DNA of 64,000 nt from Psammoneis japonica (lineage: Eukaryota): positions 126,517 to 190,516 of the forward strand of contig QPGO01000075.1 of NCBI GenBank assembly GCA_008632985.1, read 5' to 3'. Each line of letters begins with the position of its first letter. The stretch's first letter is position 1. Both the position numbers and the translations under genes were made by a program. Below are positions 25,496-37,983 of the stretch, piece by piece. The notes under the pieces are model-generated. The model was not told the origin of the DNA. It made no database searches and saw nothing but the letters and a program-made list of their open reading frames with translations.

Positions 25496-26135
25496 AGCAT
25501 TGATGCAAGGTAATTCGAATATAATGAGTATGATGGAGCTGGTTTTTTGTTGGTATCTTCTAAAGGTTTTGTGTTTCTTTGGCATTTAGACGGACAGGGT
25601 GATTTTTTGTTTTCTCCGCAACTTCGCTCTATTCATAAATCGGACTTCAGTGGGACGATGTTCTGGCGTCAATAGCATTGGTACAAGGTAATTCGAATAC
25701 GAAGAGTATGATGGTGTTGTTGTTTTGTTAGCGTCTTCTAAAGGTTTTGTGTTTCTTTAGCATTTTGATGGACATGGCGCGGCTTTTTGTTTTCTCCGGT
25801 CGCTAGTTGCCGGTTGCTTGTGGGGCTAGAAACGATTAAGAAACCTGTAACAGGGCATCGAGTGTTGCTTTGGGTCGTCATGACGAGATATGTGCTTGAG
25901 TCATTTCAATATGCGGTCTTGGTGGTGCAATAAGAGGCCGGAACACAACATTTTTGTTTCGAGCTTTGGTCCTCGGTCGGCAGTTGCCGGTCGCTTGTGG
26001 GGCTAGGAACGGTGTAGAATATTGTGACAGTGCATCCAACATTGTTTTGGATTGTTATGACGAGATAAATGTTTGACTTATTACAATTTGCGACCTTGGT
26101 GGCGCAAGGAGAGGCCGGAACTTGGCATTTTTGGG
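25496..26135. repeat. Two adjacent diverged direct-repeat pairs with about 177-178-bp period
   Basis: caaggtaattcgaata...tcttctaaaggttttgtgtttcttt at about 25506 and 25684; agttgccggtYgcttgtggggctag...gaggccggaac at about 25804 and 25982. Confidence 0.8.
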
Positions 26136-26405
26136 CGCACTTGGTCGTCAAGGTCAGGGGGTGGCTAGTCACTCCTACTGTCTGAAGAACTTCTAAACCT
26201 AGTGCAACACAGTTATTTTTTATAGATTGTTGACATGTCATTTATAGCAAATGTTAAGCTAATTAGGTACAAAGAGAGCAACAGGAATGACGCACTGAAG
26301 TAGCGAACCTTCCGAAAACTGCCGACGGCGAACGGAAGAGACGGGACAGACCATCAGAGGGCCTCTAAATGTATTAGACAATATGAGAGATGACTACATG
26401 AGCTA

Positions 26406-27180
26406 AAGTGAAAGCACTACGAGTGTTCTTACCTGTTGACTCGGTGGAGGGAACATGCTGAAAAACGACGAGATGGACTGGTCTGGGCGCATCAAAGCCA
26501 CCACCAAATGGCAATGCGCTTCGTGAACACCTTTTTCCATTCCTATATATCTATAAGACAGCGCGAGAGCTGACTGTGATAGCCAAAGTGAATAAGCAAC
26601 GAGTATTCCTAACTTTTGACTCGCCGAGGGAACATGCTGAAACTTTTGCCGCGGTGTCAACAGCCAACAGCAGGGTCGTCACAAAACGGTCTCCTGAATA
26701 ATACGAGAGCGATGTTTTTACATGTGTATTTAGTATTGACATTGAACGCCAATGTTTCATCAAAACATAGTCCTCATACGTATTATTTTCGGCAAACTAT
26801 ATCATCAACAGCAGCTGCACGTACCATTTTGCTTTGCAGCGGTGCCAACAGCAGCATCGTCCAAAAACGGTCTCCTGATGAGTACGAGTGTGATGTTTTT
26901 AGCAATATCGTTAGTATTGACGTTGATTAGCAATAATTTGTCAAAACATCACACTCGTACTCATTACTTCTGGCAAACGACATCGTCGAAAGCAACGGCA
27001 CGTACCATTTTGCTTTGCAGCGGTGCCAACAGTGGCATCGTCCAAAAACGGTCTCCTGATGAGTACGAGTGTGATGTTTTTAGCAATATCGTTAGTATTG
27101 ACGTTGATTAGCAATAATTTGTCAAAACATCACACTCGTACTCATCACTTCTGGCAAACGACATCGTCGAAAGCAACGGC
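26406..27180. repeat. About 181-bp period tandem array; the last two units are near-identical and each contains a perfect 22-24-bp inverted repeat
   Basis: Units 26820-27000 and 27001-27180. Arms atgagtacgagtgtgatgtttt / aaaacatcacactcgtactcat at 26878-26899 and 26943-26964, and at 27057-27080 and 27124-27147. Diverged upstream units share gagggaacatgctgaaa (about 26447 and 26626). Confidence 0.85.
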
Positions 27181-27814
27181 GACTCACCATTTTTTTCGTC
27201 ACGGTGAAGTGTGGGAAAAAAGAGAAATCTGTCGGCAGCGCTGCCAGCGCAATATATTATTCATAGATATATGCTTCTGGTACAAAGAACATATTTCTAC
27301 GATACTATGTCGCTGAGATTAGCACCGTGAGTTGCGAGTAAGTTGCGACAGTTCAAACGTTGTTGTCGAACCTATCCGACGCTTCTGTGTGTTTCGTGTG
27401 AGCCTCGCCAAACTCTCACTTTCTATGATTCGTAGTGAACGATACCTTGAAAGTTTTTTTACGATGACCATGACAAGCATGGTAGCGCTCTTTATGAGAA
27501 ACAAACACTTACAGGACCGGGTAGTCGCCCAACAACCTTATGTCCTCCTTGCCAAAGAGCAAGGCTTTGTCTCGAATCAACGAGACGAGAAGGAGGTGAG
27601 TTACATTCAGCATATTGATCCGGAGTCGTGTGGTTTTGACGTAGTCTTGGTCGTAGCTTTGTTGTCGTTCGTTTGCTGCGTCTCCCGTGTCTATCGTCGC
27701 ACCGTTAGTTTATGTATGATTTGTTTGTGTCATCCTTAATCTCACCGTCGTATTGAATTGATTCGATAACACATAATTATCCAGGCTTTTGAAAGCTTCT
27801 GGGCTGAACTCACC

Positions 27815-30066
27815 ATGCAGGACCTACAGCAGCTTGTTGCGAGTGGTGAAATGGATGATGCCTTGGAGCAACGAGTCCTTGACGAGCCTTATGGACGTCC
27901 GCAGCAACAACAAGAAGAAGAAGAGTCGGATCTTGATGCACGATTTAATGGTCTCGGTGGGCTTATGATTCTTAAGCTTGATGCTGGGGAAGAGGCTATA
28001 GTCGATACTCAGGCTCTTAGCGATGAAGACGAAGAAGCTAAAGTATGGATCGAGCAAGACAGAAACTACGAAGCACCCGTGAATGGACGATTTCTGTTTT
28101 TGGCGGTTTGTGGATTCATTCTGCTCGGTCTGCTGGGCTGTTCTTCTGGTTTGACGGGTATTTTTACTGGCTCCTTGATTCCTCTATCCAGCTCGACGGC
28201 TATTGCGGTGCGACCTATTGGTAAATTGGCGGCTGTACCGTCTAAAGCCTTGGCTGTCCCAAGCAAATCCATTCCGATTGCTCCGTCAAAGGCATTGGCG
28301 ATCGTTCCTTCAAAGGAACTCGCTCCTATCGTTCCTGATTGTTGCAAAGCATTGGCGATTTGTATGTCTCTTTGGAAGTATTCGGCATCGAAAGCCTTGG
28401 CGATCATTTCAAATATGGAACCTTCAACCTTGGACGAAATCACGAGTCCAATTCGGACGATTGTGGTTTCTTCATTCATTTGTGCGCCTCTGGTATGGAT
28501 GCTTGTTGCAGTGGGACTTGCCTTGATTCAAGCGATGATTGAAGATTACGGAAACAACGATGACGAACCGGAACCAATTCTGACGTGGAGGCCCGTCTTC
28601 TCCTTCCTAGTTCTCTTTGTAATCTGTGTCTTGATGTTTGGCATCTGGCACATGCACTCTTTGCCTCAATTTGTGGATGAAACTATCTTTCACCTCCCTT
28701 CGAGTTCCGGATCGATGGCTTTGGTGATTCGTCCTCTTGGAGCATTGATGCTTGCGCCATCCAGGGCCTTGACCATCATCCTTCCAAGGCATTGTCGGCG
28801 GCAATTCCGAATTCCTGCAAGGCATTGGCGATTCAAGGTCCAATTTGGAGTGGTGCGACTGCGTCTGTGTCGGATGCCGTAGTAGTTCGTGTTCCGCGTC
28901 GGGAACTCGCACTATCTGCGCAGTCTCCGTTCATGATGCATCCTCTGACGTGGGCACTTGTGATCACCATTGCCTTGATAGTCGGAGTTGCTTGGAATCG
29001 ATCGATGCCCAGCGACACTGAAGGAGCGGCCCAACGTGATCTTCACAACGGGGACGTGGACACGCAGGTGTGGATCAACGATGCAACCAAAGACAACGAA
29101 GTCCCAACCAAAGTACGACATTTGCTCTTGCTGATTTGCCTTTTCTGTGTTGTCGGTTTGTCGGGCCTCCTCGTCTGGTACTATCTCTTTTCCCGTAATG
29201 ATGAGAGATTCGGCCGGCTTGGTACCGTCTTATTCTGGATCGACGGCATTGGTGATTCGTACCATTGGTGAATTGATGATTGCGCCATCAAAATCTTTAG
29301 TGATTGTACCTTCCAAAGCCGTTATGGTTGCCACTTCCAAGGCGTTAGTGCCGAGCATTCTGAATTGTTGCAAGGCCTTGGCGATACGTGTCCCGCTTTT
29401 GAAGCCAGCGTTGTCGAAGACCTTGGTGGTCATTGCACGTCGGGACCTTGAAGTGTTGGAGGCATTCACAAATCGTATCTCAACTCAGAAGTTTGTTGCA
29501 TCGAGTGATATCGGGCTTCATATTCCGAGTCAAGGTGTTGCGTGGTCGATGGCCTCTCCATTTAGTTTCATGGGCTCACTTTGGTTGCTTGCAATGGGGC
29601 TTCTTTGGATTTTACGCCAAGGTTGCATCGCTCCTTATGATGACGGCGAAGAACCTTTTCCAAATCCTCGTTCACACAACCAAGATGCTTTTCGTCAGCC
29701 AGACCTGATTCCACCCCCTCTATAATGCCTCCGGATCCTCCGATTCCGCCTCACATCCTGGTCCCTCCCGCACTTCAAGACGACGAGATCATTCCACCGC
29801 AAGATGCTCCGATTCCTCCTGAAGCCCCAGTCCCTCCCCTTCAAGATGAAGATCCACTGCCGCCACAAGATGTTCCGGTTCCAGTCCCACCCCTTCAAGA
29901 TGCGGATAATCCTCCTCCGACCCCCCCTCAAATCCCACGCCAAGTCGCCAATGCTGAACGGCGTATGCTACGGCGTTCTGCCCGTCTCCGTAGTGCCGTT
30001 GGCAGCGTTTGCCTCTACTCCGAGAATGGCAGAGTGCTTCGTCGATCCGCAAGGCTGGCACGCTAA
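27815..30066 (+). CDS. Hypothetical multi-pass membrane protein with three PSKAL/CKALAI modules, Pro-rich repeats and a twin RRSARL C-terminus (frameshifted; gene or pseudogene)
   Basis: ORFs 27815..28882, 28792..29271, 29147..29725 and 29725..30066 share the module TM-GSxALVIRxxG-(PSKAL)n-CKALAI-TM-acidic. VPPLQDED repeats and RRSARL x2 end the protein. Confidence 0.55.
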
Positions 30067-30487
30067 GTATGTTTTCATATTCTCGTTCGTACTTTGAGCT
30101 TCCCGCATTTGGCTGGGCGGCACTGTGTTGTATCGCCGATCGTTGCATTCTCGTGTGTGTTCGGCTTTCGTTGCTTTATGTGTGTGTGTTTGCGCGTGTC
30201 AATGCTTCGTTTGTATCGCTGCTGTTTGTCTCTTGCTTGATTTTGTGCTTGCAATGCTTTTCATCTGGGTTTGTTGTTCTCAATGTTTGCCGGTGTCTTG
30301 CGTTCGTTCTGCGTTTGCTGCTAGAGTTTTGCACCGCTTTATTGTTGAGTCATGTAGTTTTGTGAGCTCTCGTTGCTTTTGCGTTGCTTCATGTGTGTAT
30401 GCAAGTTTCAATTTTTTGTTTTGTGTTGAGAAATTGCGGCGCATCTGTTGACACATCACTCCTCTAATTGTATGATTCGTCGCCTCA

Positions 30488-30960
30488 ACACCTCCAAATC
30501 GTTCGTTCGTATGACACGTAAATTCACCCCGCCGCCTCCAACGCCTCTAGTTCGTCTTGTCCGTCTTATGCTGTGTTCCGTCTTTATTTCCGTCTCCACC
30601 TTCAACTTGAACTTCCCTCCTTGTCAACGCGTTACTCCCTCCACAGTGTCGGATTCGTCGTCACAACACCTCCAAATCGTTCGTTCGTATGCCACGAAAT
30701 CCACCCTGCCACCTCCAATTGCCGCCAGTTCGTCTTGTCCGTTCTATTGTGTTCCATCTCCCTTTATTTCCGTCTCCTCCACCTCCATCTGACGACATGA
30801 TGCTCCCTCCACAAGTGTTGGATTCAGGGCCACCACACCTCCAAATCAATCGTTCATTCGAACGTATGCCACGTAATCCACCCCACCGCCTCCAACTGCC
30901 TCCAACTGCCTCCACTTGTTCTTCTCCGTCCTGTACTTCATTTCCGTCTCCAACTCCTTC
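30488..30960. repeat. Three diverged tandem units of about 170-178 bp
   Basis: acacctccaaatc...cgtatg(a/c)cacg...atttccgtctcc recurs at about 30488, 30666 and 30835. Confidence 0.8.
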
Positions 30961-31922
30961 GTTCGTCTCGCCTCTCCTGTGTTGCCGTCAAAACCACTGA
31001 CTCTATCTACTGGCAAGTTGGGTTTTGCTTCGAAATGGCGCTCAAGGTGAGTACTGTGCATTTGTATGTCTCGATGTTTCTTTTACTTGTTTTGCTAATC
31101 ACTTGCTGTTTCTTAGGCTTGGAGGGTGATCCTATTTCGATTGGATCGCACTCCAAACCATCCCCCCCCCCCCAAAAAAAGAAGAGGTCTCCCTCCCTTG
31201 ATCCTTCACAGGTTCGAATTGGGCCGTAGCCATCATGTCGATACACAAGGTTAAAGTAACAGAGGGTCCCGCCCCACACCTTATGTTTTTCGAACAAAAT
31301 GTGGACCAGGAGTGTCATCGACATTTGGCTACGCGACTTTAGTTACTTTTGAAAGCCTGTGCCTTGCCTTTGCTGTAGCGCATTGATAAGCTTTTATGAT
31401 GTGAACAGGGCTCCTCGCTAAGTTGGGAAACCCCGCTATGGCAAAATGCGTCTACCTTCGATCCCTAGTGTCGTGCTTTGTGTAAGGTTGCTCTATGTGG
31501 TGCTAGTGTTGTCCGTGTCGGCGGCTTTGCTTCGACTTACTCGAAACGAAGAACACACGCAGCTCTATAGTCGTACAGTATGGACCTTTCCATCCGCTAG
31601 ATAACACTAAAGATTGGCTAAGACTCTCACTGCATAGAATAGTAAGGGAAAACGTCATTTTCTCCTCTGGACTTATGTCGGACGTGGAAGTGCCTGGGGG
31701 GGGGGGGNGGGATACCTAGCAGTTTCTCGAACACCCAAAGAGGCAGCAGTTATTCTTGAAACGGTCACGAAGCTGGTCATTCCGGGAATACCACATCCTC
31801 TACCCCTGTAGCATGATAATTCGATCAAGATGCCCCGTCTGCTTGTCATGTCTTATTCTTTAACAATTGGAAGGTCGAATTTTCACCAGTTTAGAATTCT
31901 GGCATCACTCTACATGCTGTAG

Positions 31923-33065
31923 TTAACGGGTAGCATGCACAAGGCCTTCATTCAAAAGCCGACGAAATAAGTGACTCAGATTGTGCAAGCCCAGACGGTA
32001 GCCATCGTCGTTTGCAAGATCTCGTCTTATGTGTCCAAAGTCAATCATCTTCAGAGCTGCCATGCTCGAAGCCCCTCCATTGTTGCTATACTCACCCTCA
32101 TATACCATGAGTATCGAGCTCGAGTAAAAACGAAGGCAATCATTATCTGCAAACCAGGCGTCAAGACGATCAAGCTCAGCAATCAAGATTGAGATTGCTT
32201 GTACCCTCAACTCAATGTCTCTGTTGAGGATACTGGAATTGTCAATGGTATCAAGTTCGCCTTCTCTGGTTGCGGCTGCCAGCATAGAGCGATGATTCAA
32301 ATTACTCGCAAAGAAACAGCGAAACGCCTCTACTAGAGATCCCATGCAAGTGAGTGACCGTCCAAAATCTTTTGGGAAGAAACGAAATCCACCGGGATCC
32401 GCTGTTGCATCACCAGGATCATACACTCTCATTCCTACAATCCGGAAACCAAAATCCTTTTGTTGCGGGTACTTGACATATTCACGACGTTTCTTTTCTT
32501 CGGTTGCATCGGGCTCATAAGTCTGTCTTCCCATCTTGATGTCAATCACGCATGGCTTGCGGAATCTGGCCGTCATGTCATGAAGCACAATGTGATGATT
32601 GCATATTCTCGGATTGCGGTCCCTAGGCCCAACGACTCCATAATACTTTGCCGTAAATGTCGAGAGAGAGCGTAACAGTTGTAATTCTCGCTTCCATTGC
32701 AAGTGGCAGCGATGAATCTCTTGTTCGTATTGGTTTACAACTGCATCGCCCAACATTCGAGCTACCCTGCGGACAACACGGTCAAATGCCCCAACAGGGA
32801 AAGCGTGCTCCACGTTTCTTGGACCCGTAATTTCTGTTGCTATGTTATAGTTGTCTCGACTGATGGCCGACCTGATGCTTTCATAAAAGGCAATCTCCCG
32901 GTACCCACGGTGATCTACATGTAGTGGTTTCAATACATAGCACGGTGCCATCTCAAGAACTGGATGCTTGGTCTCAGAAATGCCGCCGACCTGACATGCC
33001 AACGGCTTAGCATCATGAGTATCCGAAAAAGGCAATTCAGAGGCAAGGTTCATGGATGTAGTCAC
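31923..33065 (-). CDS. Inositol polyphosphate kinase / multikinase (IPK family); start uncertain, possible upstream exon at 33156-33374
   Basis: QVGG, PCVIDIKMG (PxxxDxKxG), GFRIVGM, FYSSSILMVYEG and MIDFGH. Confidence 0.88.
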   Translation of the reverse strand: MTTSMNLASELPFSDTHDAKPLACQVGGISETKHPVLEMAPCYVLKPLHVDHRGYREIAFYESIRSAISRDNYNIATEITGPRNVEHAFPVGAFDRVVRRVARMLGDAVVNQYEQEIHRCHLQWKRELQLLRSLSTFTAKYYGVVGPRDRNPRICNHHIVLHDMTARFRKPCVIDIKMGRQTYEPDATEEKKRREYVKYPQQKDFGFRIVGMRVYDPGDATADPGGFRFFPKDFGRSLTCMGSLVEAFRCFFASNLNHRSMLAAATREGELDTIDNSSILNRDIELRVQAISILIAELDRLDAWFADNDCLRFYSSSILMVYEGEYSNNGGASSMAALKMIDFGHIRRDLANDDGYRLGLHNLSHLFRRLLNEGLVHATR

Positions 33066-34004
33066 TATCTGCTTTGCCTCTTCGCTTCTTGTATCAATGT
33101 CTACCTACTCGTAGGCCCAGAAAACAAGTTCAATTAGCATGTTGAATGTGGTGTATTAAAAAAACATGCATATACACGCATCGCTGGCGATCAACAATTC
33201 ACATACCATGGGGCCACTCTTGACCATTTTCCTTGCAAGAGCCGCAACCTTGGCGGCACATGCTCGACCACGGCGCTTCAAGATGCCAATAACTGCCAAG
33301 GAGAAGGACGCAAGGACGACATTACGGATGGAGATGGAGGATGAGGAACTGGCAAAGTTCCTTTCTTGTATCATTTCAATGGCCGCTTTCGAACTTTGAA
33401 CGTATGGTATGCCGAGGTTTTAGACGGTTATTTAGACTTACAAGTGCCCAGGTAGGTGCAATGTCAGTGCAAAAGCAACATCTTTCGCACCGGACTCAAT
33501 AGTTGAAGCACGACGCAACATCATGGTGTCGAGCCGCGGAGCTTGCGAGGACAGAGGGACAGACAGTCGATTTATCCGAACCATGCTCATTTTGTCATAC
33601 CATCCATAAGCGTTTGGTGGTAAATGTCGAAGCGAATGGATGTACTTGTATGATCGATACTGTACTGTAAACGACCCTTCAACAATGACTTTCTCATGTC
33701 GGACATTTTCATGTTCGGTTTTGCCGCGGAATACAAAGCGAACTTGATTATGCGACAACATAACATACAAAGAATCAAGAATAGCAACATAAAAAAGGGA
33801 GAACAGACGAAGAATTAAGGCAACGACGTAAGTGCCAACATCCTTTTCTTATTCTCCGTGTCTGTCCTGAAAGCCTAGCGAGTTGCTCCGCGAATCGAAT
33901 CTGGGGTCGGACGACACATCTAACTCTTCCTCGCCTTCATTCTGCTTTATCAAAAAGTTTTAGAGATAGCGCACAGCAAACCGAAAAACATTCAAATAGA
34001 GAAG

Positions 34005-37000
34005 ATGGGGATAAGCAAGGTCTCGAATCTCCGCGTTTGTACCTTCGTGCAAATCGGCGTTTTAGTGATGGTCAGCCATTTCGCGGTTCCGTCAATGGCG
34101 AAATTTGCGAAAGGATGTGGTACAGGAAGTAATGACCCCTGCGAGATTTCCACGTTTGAAGATTTGACCAAGGTTGGCACTGACGGGTTTCGTCACAAAG
34201 AAAATTTCATATTGATGAATGACATCGTCGCGCCTCCTGGCCATAACTTTGATCCGATTTTTGTTCATGGGGTTTTTGACGGCAATGGGTATTCCGTAAG
34301 CGATTTAAACATTGACCGCAGTTATAGAAGCGAGGTGGGTATGTTCAGTTCTTTGTCTTCAGGTGTCATCCTCAACCTTGTTCTCAAGAACCCGCGCGTG
34401 ATGGGCAAAAGTAAAGTCGGGGCACTCGTCGGCGACATTTACGTGGATAGGAATGACAAACCTTTGATTCAAAACGTCGTGGTTGAAAACCCGCAGGTGA
34501 ATAGTATGGACAACGGCGCTGGCGGACTTGTTGGATATGCACTTGGTGAGTTCGGCCGATTTTCCATCACGTCATGTCATGTCCGGGGTGGAGCAGTAAC
34601 TGGCAAAGGCGATTATGTTGGTGGACTTGTCGGATACGCTTATTCTGGTCACATTATTGAGAGTAGTGCTGAACTGACAAACGTTACAGGAGATGGGGAG
34701 GGTTGCGGCGGCTTGGTTGGCCTCGGCAGACGAGTGGATATCAACGACACTCTTGCGTCAGGTAGCGTTGCTAAGTGTACGAACGCTGGTGGACTCCTTG
34801 GTGTGTCTGGCTCCAATTACATCTCTAACAGTTATGCGCTGAGTGAAGTCAAAGTGCTTGGAGGTGCTGGAGGTGGTTTGATCGGTGTTGAAACGAGTTC
34901 CGACCGCGCCATTAACAATTTTGCGTTAGGCGCTGTGACAGGAGGTAACGTAAACAAAGTTGGCGGTTTGGTAGGAACCTATGAGAGCTCTCGGTATGCT
35001 CTGCTCCAGAACAACTACTGCGCAATGAGTCCCGCCGTTGGAAATCAAAGTAAGGGAAGCAAGAAAGTCAAAGTTATCAAGAATCTTCCATACTTCTACA
35101 AGCAAATAAATGAGCCAATGTCAAACTGGGATAGAGGAGTCTGGTCATTTTCAGCCAGCAGCTATCCAATCCTTCAAAGCAGTGCAGCTGGCAATGCTGG
35201 CGGCCCATACAGCGGTTACCCGAAGGAGGACATTCCTCTGGATGGTTCTGCTGAATTGAACGGAGCAAGTTACCAATGGACAATTGATACTGACAGATGC
35301 ACATTCAGCGACGAGACATCCGTCGCTCCGCTTCTTACGTGTAGTGGCATCAAGGAAGACCCCAGCTTCTTCACTGCGTGTGTCAAGGTCAGCTTTGCAG
35401 ATGCAACTATCAACCGAGGCTGTACAACAGTTACCATTCGAACCACAGATGAATTAGTGGTCCGCGCTGGTGGACCATATAATGGGAATGAAGGCGCTCT
35501 CATATCATTAGATCAAGCTTCCTCTACGGCCCCGGGATTATACGCATGGAAAGTCAGAAACGATACGTGTAGGTTCATCGATGCTCACGTCCTTCATCCA
35601 CTGCTTCTCTGCAGCGAAGTTTCGACATTCACCGGCATAAGTTCGGTTCAAGTTTGCTTGACGGTTTCAGATGAACAACAAACTGCGGAGGACTGCGCGA
35701 CTGTAAGCGTAACATATGAAGATGATTGTGGGACGGAAGGTAACCAACCCTGCAAGATTTCAACCTACCAAGATCTGACGAACATCCGTTAAACTGGCTT
35801 GGGCAAAAGCTACATCTTGACCAATGACATACAGGCTCCCACTAGCCCACCGGACAACTTCGTTCCTTTAGGTGCACTGTACGGCGAGATGTTCACCGGA
35901 GTGTTTGAGGGCAACGGCTACGCAATTCGAGATTTGTTCATACAGCGTGACGAACACGGACAAGGTCTATTCGGCAGTGTTTCTGCCAATGCCGAGATCC
36001 GTAATCTCGTTCTGGATAGCCCCAATGTCACCGGTAATCTTTATGTTGGTGCGCTTATTGGACAGATTACCGGAGACATTTTCAACGATGCTGCGGGTCG
36101 TGGTGTCAAGATCAATAACATAATTGTCGATCACCCAACTGTCAGAGGAGCGCGTGCGGTTGGCGGAATCGTTGGAAACATGTACTATGGTGAGATTCGC
36201 AATGTGATTATCAAGAGCCCAACACTGTCAGGTCGAAGCCATGTTGGTGGTCTCATGGGGAGTGCATCCAAAGCGACCATCTCATCCTGCCATTCTCGTG
36301 GTGGGACAGTAAGTGGCCCATCCGGCAACGACAAAGGGTCTCAACCCGGGCGCATCGCCGGTCTTGTTGGAGCTTTCTATGGCCCTGCAGCTAAAGTTGT
36401 CATGGAAGAATGTAGCGCAAGAGAAGTTGCCATTCAAGGAAGCATCGGGAGGTACTTTGGTGGGTTGGTCGGTTACCTTAACACGGATGTTAGAAGTTGT
36501 TTTGCAACAGGTAGTGTCAAAGGAGGAAAAGATGCTGGCGGCCTAGTCGGAGGAATGCCCAGTGGCAGTATTAAGTCATTGAAATATACCTATGCTCGGG
36601 TGGACATCAATTTGACTGAAGGCACTGGTGGAGGTTTGGTTGGCAGGCTAGGCCTTGGTTCTGTTTTGGACAGTTTTGCGGCAGGTACGGTTGAGGGAGG
36701 CACTGTTAACAGCGTGGGTGGCTTGATTGGCCGGAATGACGGTGCTTCATTGGAACGGAACTACGCCGTGATGGATCCTGCGATTGGAAACGTTCCAAAA
36801 GGCGCCAGTGGTGTCGAGCTAACTGAAGAGAATGAAATGCCTGAGCTGATGAAGCGGTCGTGGGACCGCAGTGTGTGGAAGTTCAGGGGCAGTGCCTTTC
36901 CAGACCTTCGTTGTCTGCCGGAATTCGAAATAGGTGGACCCTACAGCGGAAATCGAGACACCCCTATTCATCTGAATGAGGCCACTACCTTTGACGGAGC

Positions 37001-37679
37001 CACTGTTCGATGGACGGTCGACAATGAGAAATGCTCCTTCAATAACAACAAAGTTCTTGACCCGGTTCTTACCTGCCGTGGAATAAGAAAGACGCCGGCA
37101 GTAGTTACCGCGTGTGTGAAGGTTACAGGCTCCGACACCACTATCTTTCGAGACTGCACCACAGTTTCAATCGCAGCTGCCACCAAAAGTAATCCGTTTC
37201 CTGAAGACCTCAAGGACATAACCTGTGCATATTCTGAGTGTGTCGCCCAGGCTGCAAAGAAGTACGGCGGTCGTACCAATTTTGGCGATGCACAGAATGC
37301 GTATGATACATCCAAACGCAAGGCAAGATATTCCAAGAGGCTCATTGCGAAGAACCGAGATTTGAACAAGTCTCTCAAACGATTAAAAGAAGCCATGTTT
37401 TGGATCGAGCAACTCCGGGAGACTGCCCCTGATTTCTCCAACAAAATTGGCGAAAACGCAAGTCTCTGCGGAATAATCCTCGTTGAAGGACTTATCGAAG
37501 CATATAAAGGAAAGGGTATTCTTGACGATACTTTTGTTGACAGTATGCTTGAAGCAAACTTGGAAATCGCCAGGGCCAAACGCAAGGCCAAAAAGTGGAA
37601 GAATAGTGTCTCACGGTGCCAAGCCGCCATTAACATCACGTTGAAAAAGTTGGGTGAAACAACGGTACCGCTTTGCTAG
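34005..37679 (+). CDS. Secreted GLUG-motif repeat protein with AGGPY/PKD-like domains (one in-frame TAA at 35790-35792)
   Basis: ORFs 34005..35792 and 35799..37679 are in the same frame. Two GLUG blocks (FDGNGY...VGGLVG repeats), three (A/I)GGPY domains and a helical C-terminus. No introns evident. Confidence 0.75.
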
Positions 37680-37983
37680 AGCATCTCGATAATGCAATGG
37701 CAACGTCAGAAGACGACTGGCCAGGAGGAAAAGATCCTTGGATTGCATACTGTGTGGGTGAACCTTTCTAGGCGGCAGCCTTGAGTCTCAGAGAAGTTCT
37801 TGCTCGTGTGGATACGAGAAAAAGCCAGTCCATCGATGCTGCAGCTGGAGAGTAGATATCAGGATAGTAAATAAATCCTTCTCTACTAGAGTAGTCGTAC
37901 ATTAGCCAACTGTCACGGCTTGTCTTGGGAGCTTTGGTGAACGATAATCGAAACTAAAGCCTGAAACCTTACCTGCTGTAAGA

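Noticed and set aside
26406..27180. CRISPR-like array
   Set aside because: The whole 181-bp unit is duplicated, with no unique spacers and no cas genes, in a eukaryotic context.
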